From Octopus sinensis (Eukaryota), in contig NC_043010.1 in the NCBI RefSeq assembly GCF_006345805.1, forward strand, positions 12,524,001 to 12,588,000: a DNA stretch of 64,000 nucleotides, given 5' to 3'. How positions within the stretch are numbered: the first letter of the stretch is position 1; each line of letters starts with the position of its first letter. The notes under the pieces were generated by a model. It was not told where the DNA came from, made no database searches, and saw only the letters and a list, made by a program, of their open reading frames with translations. The translations under genes and the position numbers were made by a program. This document shows, one piece after another, positions 1 to 10,744 of the stretch.

Positions 1-353
1 TTGTGTGTGTGTGTGTGTGTGATTTATGTATGTGTATCTTTCTTCCTGTGTTTCTCATTCCATCCCAACAGTTTCACAACCGCTGTTGCTTCGTTTACGT
101 ACCCATAACTTAGCACTTCAGCAAATAAGAACTATTTTTAAAAAGTACCCAAGCCAACCCCAGTATTCCATGGCATATAAATGACCAAGAGCACAAGACT
201 TCTACCTCGAGCAAAACACCAGTTCATCACAGGATGAACCCTGCCCCCCCACCCGACAACCCCACCCACCAACCCTGGCCCCCACCCCCCACCTGTGGTG
301 GAGACCCATTTTCAGTTGAGTGGACCGAGGTAACATGAAAGGAAATGTTTTAT

Positions 354-585
354 TTAAACCGTTGTCATTTAAACCAGCCACATCGGGCCAAAATATTCAA
401 CCTGCTTTACGTCCAAATTGGCCAGATCAGTCCTCTCACACCTATCCTACAATGTCATTCTAAAAAAACAAACAATCACATCGCCAAAAATCTCGAAAGC
501 CACAAGATAATTTCTAATTAATTCAAAACAATGTAGAGAAATAAAAATTACATTTGACAAAATAATCTGAATATTGAAGGGTTTA
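354..585. mobile_element. piggyBac-type MITE, degenerate copy
   Basis: Body matches 16953-17167 and 47187-47407; right end TGAATATTGAAGGGTTTA is a decayed TGAATGCTAAAGGG-TTAA. Confidence 0.6.
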
Positions 586-621
586 GGACATGGTACACAG
601 CATTGTTTGGGAATTGAAACC

Positions 622-1053
622 ATGACTTCAAGCATTTGTCTTATGAAGAAAGGCTGAAGACGCTCGGCCTTTTTTCTCTTGAAGAACGACGCCGACGCCG
701 TGGTGATCTCATTCTCGCTCACAACATCATAAGCGGAAAGTGTAACCTCTCAAAAGAGCTGTTCTTCACTCCTGCTCCAGAGCGTGGGCTGCGGGGTCAC
801 TCCGAAAAGCTCTATCTCTGACGATTTTAATCTCAATCGAAGGAGAGGGGCTTTCTCTGTCCGGGTTGTGGATCCGTGGAATAAGCTGCCAGACGAGATA
901 GTGAAGATGCCGATGACCGCTCGGTTTGAAGCCTCTCTTGACCGAAAATGGCCTGCACTCTTTGTATGACCATCCTCCCTGTACATAACTCCCTACATGG
1001 CCTTGCTTTTGCTTTTTGAGCCAATTAAAATTAAATTAGATTAAATTAAAATT
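622..1053 (+). mobile_element. CR1-clade LINE, 5'-truncated ORF2 C-terminus plus 3'UTR
   Basis: SYEERLKTLGLFSLEERR..RGDLI..RGHSEKLY then a frameshift near 820 into RRRGAFSVRVVDPWNKLP; these are CR1/L2 ORF2 C-terminal motifs; ATTAA-type tail at 1023-1053. Confidence 0.85.
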
Positions 1054-1267
1054 TTAAAAATTCATGATTAGGAGTTCAACACCTTAATCACTAAACCATG
1101 CATTTTCATATAGAACAAACTTAATGTATATCTTTCATCTTTTCTTTTACCTTTTACTTGTTTCAGTCATTAGACTGTGGCCATGCTGGGGCACTGCCTT
1201 GAAGAATTTTTAGTTGAATGAATCAACCCCTGTTTTTATTATCTTTTTGTAAAGTTTAGTACTTCTT

Positions 1268-1490
1268 CTTATTTCTTTATTGCCCACAAGGGGCTAAACA
1301 TAGAGGGGACAAACAAGGACAGACAAAGGGATTAAGTCGATTACAGTGCATTACTGGTACTTAATTTATCAACCCCCGAAAGGATGAAAGGCAAAGTCGA
1401 CCTCGGTGGAATTTGAACTCAGAACGTAAAGATGGACAAAACACCAGTAAGCATCTCCTCCGGCGTCCTTACGATTCTGCCAGCTCGTCA
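1268..1490 (-). mobile_element. SINE family B
   Basis: Shares GAGTTCAAATTCC..GTCGACTTTGCCTTTCATCCTTTCGGGG..AAAGAAATA with many copies in the window. Confidence 0.85.
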
Positions 1491-2109
1491 CTATTAAAGT
1501 TTCGTACTTATTCTGTTGGTTTTTTAGCTGAATTGCTAAGTTACAGGGATGTAAACACACCAACATCGGTAGTAAAGCAGTGGTGTGAGACCAGCACACA
1601 CACACATATTTTGTGTGTGTAGGTGGACACAAACTGTATGGAAGATTTTGTGTGTGTGGTCATGTGTGTGTGTATCTGTGTGTGCATATGTCTGTGTATG
1701 TGTGTGTGTTTTTTTACTCGTGTTTGTCGTCCTACCACTTGACAACTGGTGGTGGTTTGTTTACAGCCTTGTAACTTAGCAGTTTAGTGGAAAAGATTGA
1801 CAGAATAAGAATCAGTCTTAAAAAGAAAAGAGAAAAGAGAAAAAAGTACTGAGAGAGATTTCTTTGACTAAACCCTTTGGGGCAGTGCCACATCATGGCT
1901 GCAGTCCAATGACTGAAACAAGTAAAAGACACAAGACGACATATTCTAGATGTCTCTGCATCAAGGACCACCAGGGTAACATCATTCTTTTTGTATTCTT
2001 ATGTGGAAAGTAAACAGTCAAACACATAAATAAAAGGCATTCATTGAGATACAAAAAACACAGTATGTTATCTGAAGTTTACATATCACAGATTAATTAA
2101 TAGCAGAAA

Positions 2110-4500
2110 TTAATTTACCTGAGAAGCAGAAAGTCTTTTTCCAGGTGACGTTAATGATGTCCATTCAACAGGTAGCTCCTGCTCTGGACAGAAATCCCTT
2201 CTGGATCTCATTGATGGTGTACTGTGATGCACCCCTTCTTCAGGGTTCTGTGTTATAGCAAAAGGATTGTTGCTTTGAGATATCATTAGACATTTCTCTC
2301 GTCCTGGTTGCATGGCTGGATTCATTGCTGCTGTATGTAGCATATTTCTCCTTCTGTTACATCTCACTATACATATCGTTATTATAACAACTATAGCAAT
2401 TGATATCACCACAGCCGTAACAACTATGATAATGACCAAGTTGATATCTATCATGTCACTAGATTGGATGTGAGCAGCTGTCAACATTGGGGATGTTCTG
2501 TTGCTGACAGTTAGTGTTAAGGACAGTGTAGTGGTTGCGGACAGCACTGGGCTGCCACTGTCTTTCACAACCAACAAAAGATTGTATGACCCGGCATCAT
2601 TTTGGTAAACCGGCCGAGAGAAAGCTAATACTCCAGAATGGGGATTAATGGTAAATAATTGTTTATTATTGCCTGCCAAAATTAAAAATGTAAGGAAAGC
2701 ATTTTCCCGACTGTCTCTATCTGAAGCTCTCAGAACTGTGATGTCATTCTTGCTTTGTGGGTGATAATGGACATCTAGACTGAAAGGGTTAACACTAGGA
2801 AATGTGAAGTACGGTGCATTGTCATTCTCGTCCATGACTTCAACAATAATGTTTGCTGTACTGTTTAGTGGTGGTGTTCCGTTGTCACTGACAGACACTT
2901 TAAATACGTATGATTTAGATTGTTCTCGGTCCAATGCTTTGGTCGTTGATAAGAAGCCATAGTTTGTAATTTGAAAAGGTACTGGATATTGATTATCATT
3001 TATTACAGAAAACAAAAGCTGACCACCATCACCCAAATCAGGATCTGTGGCATTGATGAACCCAACAGGGAAATTCGGTTCCTCATTCTCATAAGTCAAA
3101 AACTTAAATGTGTCTTTAGTGAAATGAGGCTGTACATCGTTGACATCTATTACTTGAATGGAGAACTTTCTCTCCGTCCATAACGGTGGTGATCCTTTAT
3201 CTTGGCAAGAAATTTTGATACTATAATGGTCTTGTTTTTCTCTATCAACTTCTTTTTTAATTATTATTTTATATTCATTTGAACCTAGATTCAAAAGCTG
3301 AAATTTCTCACTATTTAAAGTACAGTGTACCTCACCATTCAAGCCAACATCTTTATCGATAACACTGACATAAGCAATGAAACTGCCTACCTTCATTCCT
3401 TCTGATATGGCTGCGATATTCTTTTGTACTTCAGAGACAAAATTCACATCAATCTCTGGAGCATTGTTCTGTTGATTGATTAAGTTTACTATAACGGTTG
3501 CGATGGAACTTAATGGAGGATTCCCTCCATCTTTTGCTTCAACGAATAGTTTATAGTTCTTTAATTGCTCTGAGAAAAATCTCTGTAACAAAAATATCTC
3601 ACCTGTTTTATCATTTAATTTGAAATTATGTTTTGCGATATCAGATGTCTTGGAACTAAAATGATATGTTATTTTACTATTTTCTTTTGAATCTCTATCT
3701 TTGGCAGATAAAACCACAACTGGCATGGATCTCTGGTGGGTATGTTTTATTGTAACATTGTACACTTCTTGAGTGAACACAGGGGCATTATCATTAATAT
3801 CTAGAACAGTTATGTGTACATCTAAGACCCCTTGCAAAGGAGGGGAGCCTCCATCTTTTGCAATAACTTGAAGGTAATAGTCCGACACAGATTCACGATC
3901 CAGTGCCTCGCCTAAGACTATGTCTAGTTTAGATGTTCCATCTACTCTTTTGGAAACTGTCAATGAAAATGGTTCGTTTGATTTCTTTAAAGTATAAACT
4001 ATCTGAGAATTTAAAATACCTACATCTTTGTCAACAGCATTTGGTAAAGATTTCTTTGTACCTTTACCATTTGTTTCATCAAATTTGAGGTCAATTGCCT
4101 TTATAGGAAATCCAGGTTGATTGTCATTTACATCTTTTATCACAATTTTCACTTTTAAAACTTTGATAAAAGTTTGTGCATGACGGAGTGCAATTTTGAT
4201 AATGTCAAAACATTCTGTGTTGTAAATACAAAGTGATTCTGCATCTATAGTCTGGATGGTGAATAATTTACCTGTTTTGGTAACATTGAATAGTTGGGAG
4301 CCTCTTGTCGGTCTCTGGGCAAGTTGGTTGAACGTAACAAGGTTTCGATATTTTAAAGATAAAATATTCCACAGTCTTGAGTCAGAAGCAATATTTCCAA
4401 TATAAGTGCCAATGTTCTTTTCCTCTTCAACATGGTAAACTAGATCCACGCATGTGGAACCATGAAGGAATACAAATACGATATATACACATAGCCACAT
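2110..4500 (-). CDS. PCDH: Protocadherin, cephalopod-type, six EC repeats; large exon encoding signal peptide, EC1-6, TM and proximal cytoplasmic tail
   Basis: 796-aa ORF. Signal peptide MWLCVYIVFVFLHGSTC; linkers DVNDNQP, DINDNAP, NQQNNAP, DVNDVQP, DENDNAP; DRE, DxD and DxGxPPL motifs; EC1 Cys pair LCIYNTEC; TM at aa ~686-712 followed by RRR. The individual paralogue is not identifiable. Confidence 0.97.
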   Translation of the reverse strand: MWLCVYIVFVFLHGSTCVDLVYHVEEEKNIGTYIGNIASDSRLWNILSLKYRNLVTFNQLAQRPTRGSQLFNVTKTGKLFTIQTIDAESLCIYNTECFDIIKIALRHAQTFIKVLKVKIVIKDVNDNQPGFPIKAIDLKFDETNGKGTKKSLPNAVDKDVGILNSQIVYTLKKSNEPFSLTVSKRVDGTSKLDIVLGEALDRESVSDYYLQVIAKDGGSPPLQGVLDVHITVLDINDNAPVFTQEVYNVTIKHTHQRSMPVVVLSAKDRDSKENSKITYHFSSKTSDIAKHNFKLNDKTGEIFLLQRFFSEQLKNYKLFVEAKDGGNPPLSSIATVIVNLINQQNNAPEIDVNFVSEVQKNIAAISEGMKVGSFIAYVSVIDKDVGLNGEVHCTLNSEKFQLLNLGSNEYKIIIKKEVDREKQDHYSIKISCQDKGSPPLWTERKFSIQVIDVNDVQPHFTKDTFKFLTYENEEPNFPVGFINATDPDLGDGGQLLFSVINDNQYPVPFQITNYGFLSTTKALDREQSKSYVFKVSVSDNGTPPLNSTANIIVEVMDENDNAPYFTFPSVNPFSLDVHYHPQSKNDITVLRASDRDSRENAFLTFLILAGNNKQLFTINPHSGVLAFSRPVYQNDAGSYNLLLVVKDSGSPVLSATTTLSLTLTVSNRTSPMLTAAHIQSSDMIDINLVIIIVVTAVVISIAIVVIITICIVRCNRRRNMLHTAAMNPAMQPGREKCLMISQSNNPFAITQNPEEGVHHSTPSMRSRRDFCPEQELPVEWTSLTSPGKRLSASQVN
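2113..2121 (-). other. Probable splice donor CAG|GTAAAT ending the protocadherin exon at 2119 (phase 0)
   Basis: The ORF's last residues (Q-V-N-stop) read across a consensus-like donor. Confidence 0.65.
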
Positions 4501-4534
4501 GGTTTCTATTATATTAAAAAAATAGCAAATATTT

Positions 4535-4556
4535 CTGAAAAAGAAAATAAAAATAT
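4535..4556 (-). other. Probable splice acceptor 34 nt upstream of the protocadherin ATG
   Basis: Minus strand TTTTTATTTTCTTTTTCAG|AAATATT...AAACC-ATG. Confidence 0.6.
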
Positions 4557-4735
4557 AGCAGTTAGAAAGAATCTAATACAGATTTACAGAATTTATGGAT
4601 TTTTAACATTAGCACAAGGCCACAAATTTGAAGGTATAGGTCAATTAAATCAGTCCTACCATTTTACTGATACTGTTTTCAGTGGTGTAGCGAATAGTTC
4701 CTATTTGTCGGACTGTTATTTTTTTTTTTTTTTTA

Positions 4736-4784
4736 CAAAACTGTCCGACGAACAGGAATGTGAAACTCCGAGTAACAGGTTTTG
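4736..4784 (+). ncRNA. Type I hammerhead ribozyme motif, U4C core variant
   Basis: CAAAA-CUGU CCGACGA ACA-GGAA-UGU GAAA CUC-C-GAG UA ACAG-G-UUUUG; all three helices can be drawn. Confidence 0.65.
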
Positions 4785-4901
4785 TTAAATTTCTGCTGCT
4801 TTTAAATAAAGCATATTACTCTACTTCTGGTATTTGAGTACTCTTTTTTCCACCTTGTTTCACATTTATGTGCTTACTCCGGTATATATATAAATATATA
4901 T

Positions 4902-5316
4902 ACTCTTTTAACTCTTTTACTCTTTTACTTGTTTCAGTCATTTGACTGCGGCCATGCTGGAGCACCGCCTTCAATCAAGCAACTCGACCCCGGGACTTAT
5001 TCTTTTGTAAGCCCAGTACTTATTCTATCGGTCTCTTTTGCCGAACCACTAAGTAACGGGGACATAAACACACCAGCATCGGTTGTCAAGCAATGCTAGG
5101 GGGACAAACACAGACACACAAGCACACACACACACACACATACATATATATACATATATACGACGGGCTTCTTTCAGTTTCCGTCTACCAAATCCACTCA
5201 CAAGGCTTTGGTCGGCCCGAGGCTATAGTAGAAGACACTTGCCCAAGGTGTCACGCTGAGGGACTGAACCCGGAACCATGTGGTTGGTAAACAAGCTACT
5301 TACCACACAGCCACTC
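4902..5316 (-). mobile_element. SINE family A (tRNA-derived head, CORE-like TTGGGCAAGT; possibly the published octopus OR-type SINE)
   Basis: A box TGGCTGTGTGG, B box GGTTCAGTCCC, internal (TA)/(TG) tract, (GAGTAAAA)n tail. Confidence 0.9.
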
Positions 5317-5873
5317 ATATATATACTCTTTTACTCTTTTTCTCTTGCTGGCTTGAACATAAAACAGATTGAATATTTGAGATGGATATTGCTGTTTTAA
5401 ATGCTAAAGGCTTACAGTTGTAATCTTCCTCGTTGCTTAAGCCTTAACTTATGTTACTACAATCAGTTATATATGGGAACTACAATTCATGAGAGACATT
5501 GGTGTAAAAAGAAACTTTATAAAGGATTCTGTATGATTTGGCATGGGAAACAGTCCATGAGATGGAATGGTGTTAGCATGAAGTGCAGGCACAGTTAGTT
5601 GTATGGTTAAGAAGTTCATTTCGCAACCAAATGATTTTGGGTTCAGTTCCCCCATGGGGCATTTTGGGAAAATGTCTTCTATTATAGCTCCAGGTCCACT
5701 TATGCCTCAGGAGTGAATTTGATAGACAAAAACTATATATTACTGTGCCAGTGTGTCATTGTTTTGCCCCCTACACTTAACAATTGGTGTTGTTTATTTA
5801 AGTTTCCATAACTTAGTAAGTTTGGCAAAAAGTGACGGTTGGATTAGGTACAAGACTTAAAAAACCAAACTAG

Positions 5874-6369
5874 GATTAATTTGTTTGATTAACTCTACAA
5901 AGTGGTGCTCCAGCATGACCACAGTCCAATGACTGAAACAAGTAAGAGGGTAAAAAGAGTTTGAACTACCAACCATAGTATCAGTGCTGTGGGATTGATT
6001 TGTTTGACAAACCCCACAAGGTGGTGCTCCGGTATAAAAAAAAAAGAAGTTACCTTTTCAAGTCATATCAATACATATGGGCTAGTTTACTGGCTCAACT
6101 AAAGGCGGTGCTCCAGCATGGCCGCAGTCAAATGACTGAAACAAGTAAAGAGTAAAGAGAGAGATATGCATCATCAGTGATATTCTTGGGGGTCTTATGT
6201 AGCAGGTCTTTCAACATTGAACCCCTTTGCACAGTTGACTCAGCTGGAAGTTGAACAGGTCCTAGCTTGCTTCCCATTTGTGACAAACCACTGGTCAGCC
6301 CTCTTTATCCAAAGCCACCCAGTCAGTGGCCTTCTCTACAATTCAGTGATGGAATTTATAGCTTCCCTA
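5874..6369 (+). repeat. Copy 1 of a ~495-bp inverted local duplication
   Basis: Near-identical to the reverse complement of 11818-12309, including junctions between unrelated repeats. Confidence 0.85.
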
Positions 6370-6569
6370 TTAAATAAAAAGAAGCTACCTTTTCAAGTCA
6401 TACCAATTCATATGGGCTAGTTTACTGGTTTCCATGGTGCATAAATTCCTAACCTGGATAGGACACTGGTCCATTGCAGGGTAACTCATTTTTGCCAGCT
6501 GAGTGCACTGGAGCAACATGAAATGAAGTGTTTTGCTCAAGAACACAATACATCGCCTGGTCCAGGAAT

Positions 6570-6879
6570 GTTGTTGTTTGTTCCTTCTCGAGCCATGCCT
6601 GGCTCATAAGGGCCGGTTTCCCGGTTTCTTGGCGTATAGGTTCCCCACCTGGACGGGACGCCGGTCCATCGCAGGTGAGCTGCAAGATGCAGGAGGAAAG
6701 AGTGAGAGAAAGTTGTGGCGAAAGAATCAGCAGAAGTCTCGCCATTACCTTCTGCTGGAGCCGCGTGTGGAGCTTAGGTGCTTCGCTCATAAACACACAC
6801 ATCGCCCGGTCTGAGTTTCGAACCCGCAATCCCTCAACCGTGAGTCCGCTGCTCTAACCACTAGACCATGTGCCTCCAC
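6570..6879 (-). mobile_element. SINE family C with V-domain-like tail
   Basis: tRNA-like head GTGGAGGCACATGGTCTAGTGGTTAGAGCAGCGGACTC; tail CTGCGATGGACCGGCGTCCCGTCCAGG; TSD GTCCAGGAAT at 6560 and 6881. Confidence 0.85.
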
Positions 6880-6931
6880 TGTCCAGGAATCAAAACCACA
6901 GTCTTATAATCATGAGTGCAACACCCAAACC

Positions 6932-7166
6932 TATTTCTTTACTACCCACAAGGGGCTAAACACAGAGGGGACAAACAAGGACAGACAAACGGATTAAGTC
7001 GATTATATCGACCCCAGTGCACAACTGGTGCTTATTTAATCGACCCCGAAAGGATGAAAGGCAAAGTCGACCTCGGTGGAATTTGAACTCAGAACGTAGC
7101 GGCAGATGAAATACCACTAAACATTTCGCCCAGCATGCTAACGTTTCTGCCAGCTCGCCACCCTCA
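6932..7166 (-). mobile_element. SINE family B
   Basis: Full-length match; 31-bp direct repeat at 6901-6931 and 7178-7208. Confidence 0.9.
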
Positions 7167-8215
7167 CTTATAATCATGTCTTATAATCATGAGTGCAACA
7201 CCCAAACCACTAAGCCACTTGCTGCCAATAGTGTTCCAGTATGGCCATAGTCCAATGACTGAAGCAAGTAAGAGAGTAAAAAAGAGTAGGCAGTTGCAAT
7301 GCTAATGATGCAATTCAACTGGTTAATGCCGCAACGTAAAGAATTAACCCTACAGAATTCATTTCCAGTTCATTGTTGTCTGGATTTGATATAATACTGG
7401 TAAATATCAGTAAGATATATTTCATTAATGATATCCTTATTAACAATAACCACAATAACAATGTTGATAGTAGACAATATCTCTTGATATTTGAAAAGAT
7501 ACTTTAATAACACATCTAATCAGTCGGTATAACTGGTAAAAATTATTAGGAAGTAAAACGAAAGGTAGTAACTTATAATTCTTGGATATCATCATTAAAA
7601 TAACAAAGAGAAAAATCTTTTGTTAAGCCTGACATTTCAGAAGAAAGATATGGTAATTTTTAGAGGCATATAGGAATTGCTGCCTTGTCATGATTTAGTT
7701 GGGAAAAAGAATATTAAAAAAAAAAAAAAAATTTAAATGAGAGAAAATAAAGGAAATGCCTTTAGGCTAAAACTTCTGCATAAAAATCAATCCATTATTC
7801 TTTGTGTAGAAGAAAAGAAAATATCTTTCAAGTGAAACGAATAAGAAATTATAGAAAATATCTCCATATTTCTGTGTGAGATTTGCAAAATACTTGGAGT
7901 TACTAAACTACTGAAGTATTTGACAATGGTATAAGTGAACTTTATACATGGAATAATTTTTTTTATCAAAGACACAAAATTACGATGATGATGATGTTAA
8001 TAATAATAATAATAATAATAATCTTGAAATTAAAAGGAGGGCACTAGTTGATTACATTGACCTCAATGTTTCACTGGTACTTAATTTATCAACCCTGAAA
8101 GGATGAAAGGCAAAGTCATCTTTGGTGGAATTTGAACTCAGAACATAGTGATATTTGGATACTGCTAAGCATTTTGCCTGGCATGCTAACGATTCTGCCA
8201 GCTTGCTGGCTCAAT

Positions 8216-8248
<33 letters not shown>

Positions 8249-8304
8249 AATAATAATGGATTGGAACCAGGCTCTATAAGGAAGGAACAGTGACAGGAAT
8301 CAGT

Positions 8305-8333
8305 AAAATACTAATAATAATAATAATAATAAC

Positions 8334-8364
<31 letters not shown>

Positions 8365-8456
8365 TAATAATAATAATAATAATAATAATGATAATAATAA
8401 TGATAATAATAATGATAATAATAATAATGATAATAATAATAATAATGATAATAATG

Positions 8457-8521
<65 letters not shown>

Positions 8522-8600
8522 AATGATAATAATGATAATAATGATAATAATAATGATAATAATAATAACAACAACAATACTAACAATTATGATAATAATT
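8305..8600. repeat. (TAA/TGA)n trinucleotide microsatellite
   Basis: Direct reading; source of the poly-Ile and poly-Leu ORFs. Confidence 0.95.
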
Positions 8601-8969
8601 GTTAGTATTCGGGGTCGATTAAATAAGTACCAGTTACGTACTGGGGTCGATGTAATCAACTTAATCCCTTTGTTTGTCCCCTCTATGTTTAGCCTCTTGT
8701 GGGCAATAAAGAAATAAGAAAGATACAACAGGGTAAGTGAAATCATGGCCATCAAAAACATGCAAGCATGTCCTTAAGGGCCAAGCTCCTGCCTCTCTCT
8801 TTCTCTCACACACACAGGCGGCTGAGAATAAATGTCATCCACAAGCTCAGTATTCTTTATTGGTCTCTTGTCTTGAAGGACCTTAGCATCCATCCTGCCA
8901 GCTGTCTGCATTTTGCTGCCATCTTGGTAATGTGCATATGAAATGACACATCATTGCACATACTGAAGT

Positions 8970-9207
8970 GCGGCGAGCTGTTGAGCTGGCAGAATCGTTA
9001 GAACGTTGGGCGAAATGCGTAGCCATATTTTGTCTGCCGTTACGTTCCGAGTTCAAATTCCGCCAAGGTCGACTTTGCCTTTCATCCTTTTGGGGTCGAT
9101 AAATTAAGTACCAATTATGCACTGGGGTGGGTATATTCGACTTAATCCCTTTGTCTGTCCTTGTTTGTCCCCTCTGTGTTTTACCACTTGTGGGTAGTAA
9201 AGAAATA
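8970..9207 (+). mobile_element. SINE family B
   Basis: GAGCTGGCAGAATCGTTAG head through the AAAGAAATA end. Confidence 0.9.
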
Positions 9208-9211
9208 ATTA

Positions 9212-9695
9212 CACATACTGATCCCTATGTCTCTGGGACTTCAAACTTGAAATCTTCAAAGCCACAGTTGAACCAATTCTACTATATGGCTCAGAAACCT
9301 GGACGTTATCAAAGAAGCTTGAAAGGCGGTTGGATGGAACCTACACTCGCCTCCTTATGAGAACTCAAAATCTCTTGTGGAAGCGTCATCCAACCAAAAT
9401 ACAAATAAATGGGAAACTACCACCTGTGTCATCTCTTGTGAAAGGTAGGAGAGTCCAGTTTGCTGGACATTGTTGTAGAGCTGAAAAAGAGGTAATTTCT
9501 ACTCTCCTCCTCTGGAAGCCATCTACTCGCAATGCCAGAGGAGGCACACTCTCCTACCCTGATGTAATCTCCAGGGATACAGGCATCCAGCAACAGGACC
9601 TCCGTAATGCCATGATGGACCGTGAAGTCTGGCGTAGCATGGTAAATTCCATTGTCTCGACCATGGTCGAACAATGATGAAATGATGATGATGTC
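9212..9695 (+). mobile_element. RTE-clade LINE 3' fragment
   Basis: Open frame FKLEIFKATVEPILLYGSETWTLSKKLERRLDGTYTRLL..RRVQFAGHCCRA..DREVWRSMV ending in a (TGA)n tail. Confidence 0.85.
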
Positions 9696-9969
9696 TCTGG
9701 GACTCAGGGATTGCTGTGCCTTCAGGTCCTGTATATGCAACTTGTGGTGCATTTGTGGGCTGAAAGCACAGGGCTTGAAATTTTCCAGCATAAAACTTCA
9801 TATTTTTTACTTCAGTCTTCTTGTATATTGCATTCAGGTCCTACTGTAAGCTTGCCACATCATCTGAATTCTTTATCGCTTGTGATAATTTTGTACCATA
9901 GGTAAAGCTCGTATCAGTGGATGTCTGAGTGACCATGGATATATCTAAGAAAGCTATTATAAACAGTAT

Positions 9970-10400
9970 AGGCGCTGGAGTGGCTGTGTGGTAAGTAGCT
10001 TGCTAACCAACGACATGGTTCCGGGTTCAGTCCCACTGCGTGGCATCTTGGGCAAGTGTCTTCTGCTATAACCCTGGGCCGACCAATGCCTTGTGAGTGG
10101 ATTTGGTAGACGGAAACTGAAAGAAGCCTGTCGTATATATGTATATATATATAAATATGTGTGTGTGTGTGTGTGTATTTGTGTGTCTGTGTTTGTCCCC
10201 CTAGCATTGCTTGACAACCGATGCTGGTGTGTTTACGTCCCTGTAACTTAGCGGTTCGGCAAAAGAGACCGATAGAATAAGTATTGGGCTTACAAAGAAT
10301 AAGTCCTGGGGTCAATTTGATCAACTAAAGGCGGTGCTCCAGCATGGCCGCAGTCAAATGACTGAAACAAGTAAAAGAGTAAAAAAGAGTAAAAGAGAGT
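9970..10400 (+). mobile_element. SINE family A, full length
   Basis: Head, body and GAGTAAAA tail all present. Confidence 0.9.
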
Positions 10401-10705
10401 ACTGGCCCCCAAGACAGTTCCTTAGAGGATGCCACTTGGAATTTGTTTCCTCAGAGGGACCACCATAGGTTGCAGCTGTCTGACTTCTACCCTTTAGGAA
10501 GTCATGCAGCCATTCTGCCGGTTTACTGGGTATGCCAAGGTCTCACAGCCTGTGACATATCAAAGTGTGTGTGTGGTGTGTGTGTGTGCATGTGTGTGTG
10601 TTTGGGTACATACACACACATGTATTGCGACAGGAACATTAGCTAATACAGAAGAATCAGAACACATATAGCAGATATGGTAAGACAGCTTATATTTATT
10701 TTCAT

Positions 10706-10744
<39 letters not shown>

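Noticed and set aside
5093-5290. Recurrent MLGGQTQTHK.. and ..TRHWSARGYSRRHLPK ORFs
   Set aside because: Antisense reading of SINE family A; they recur at every copy
8300-8761. Poly-Ile/Leu/Met ORFs
   Set aside because: Translations of a (TAA/TGA)n microsatellite
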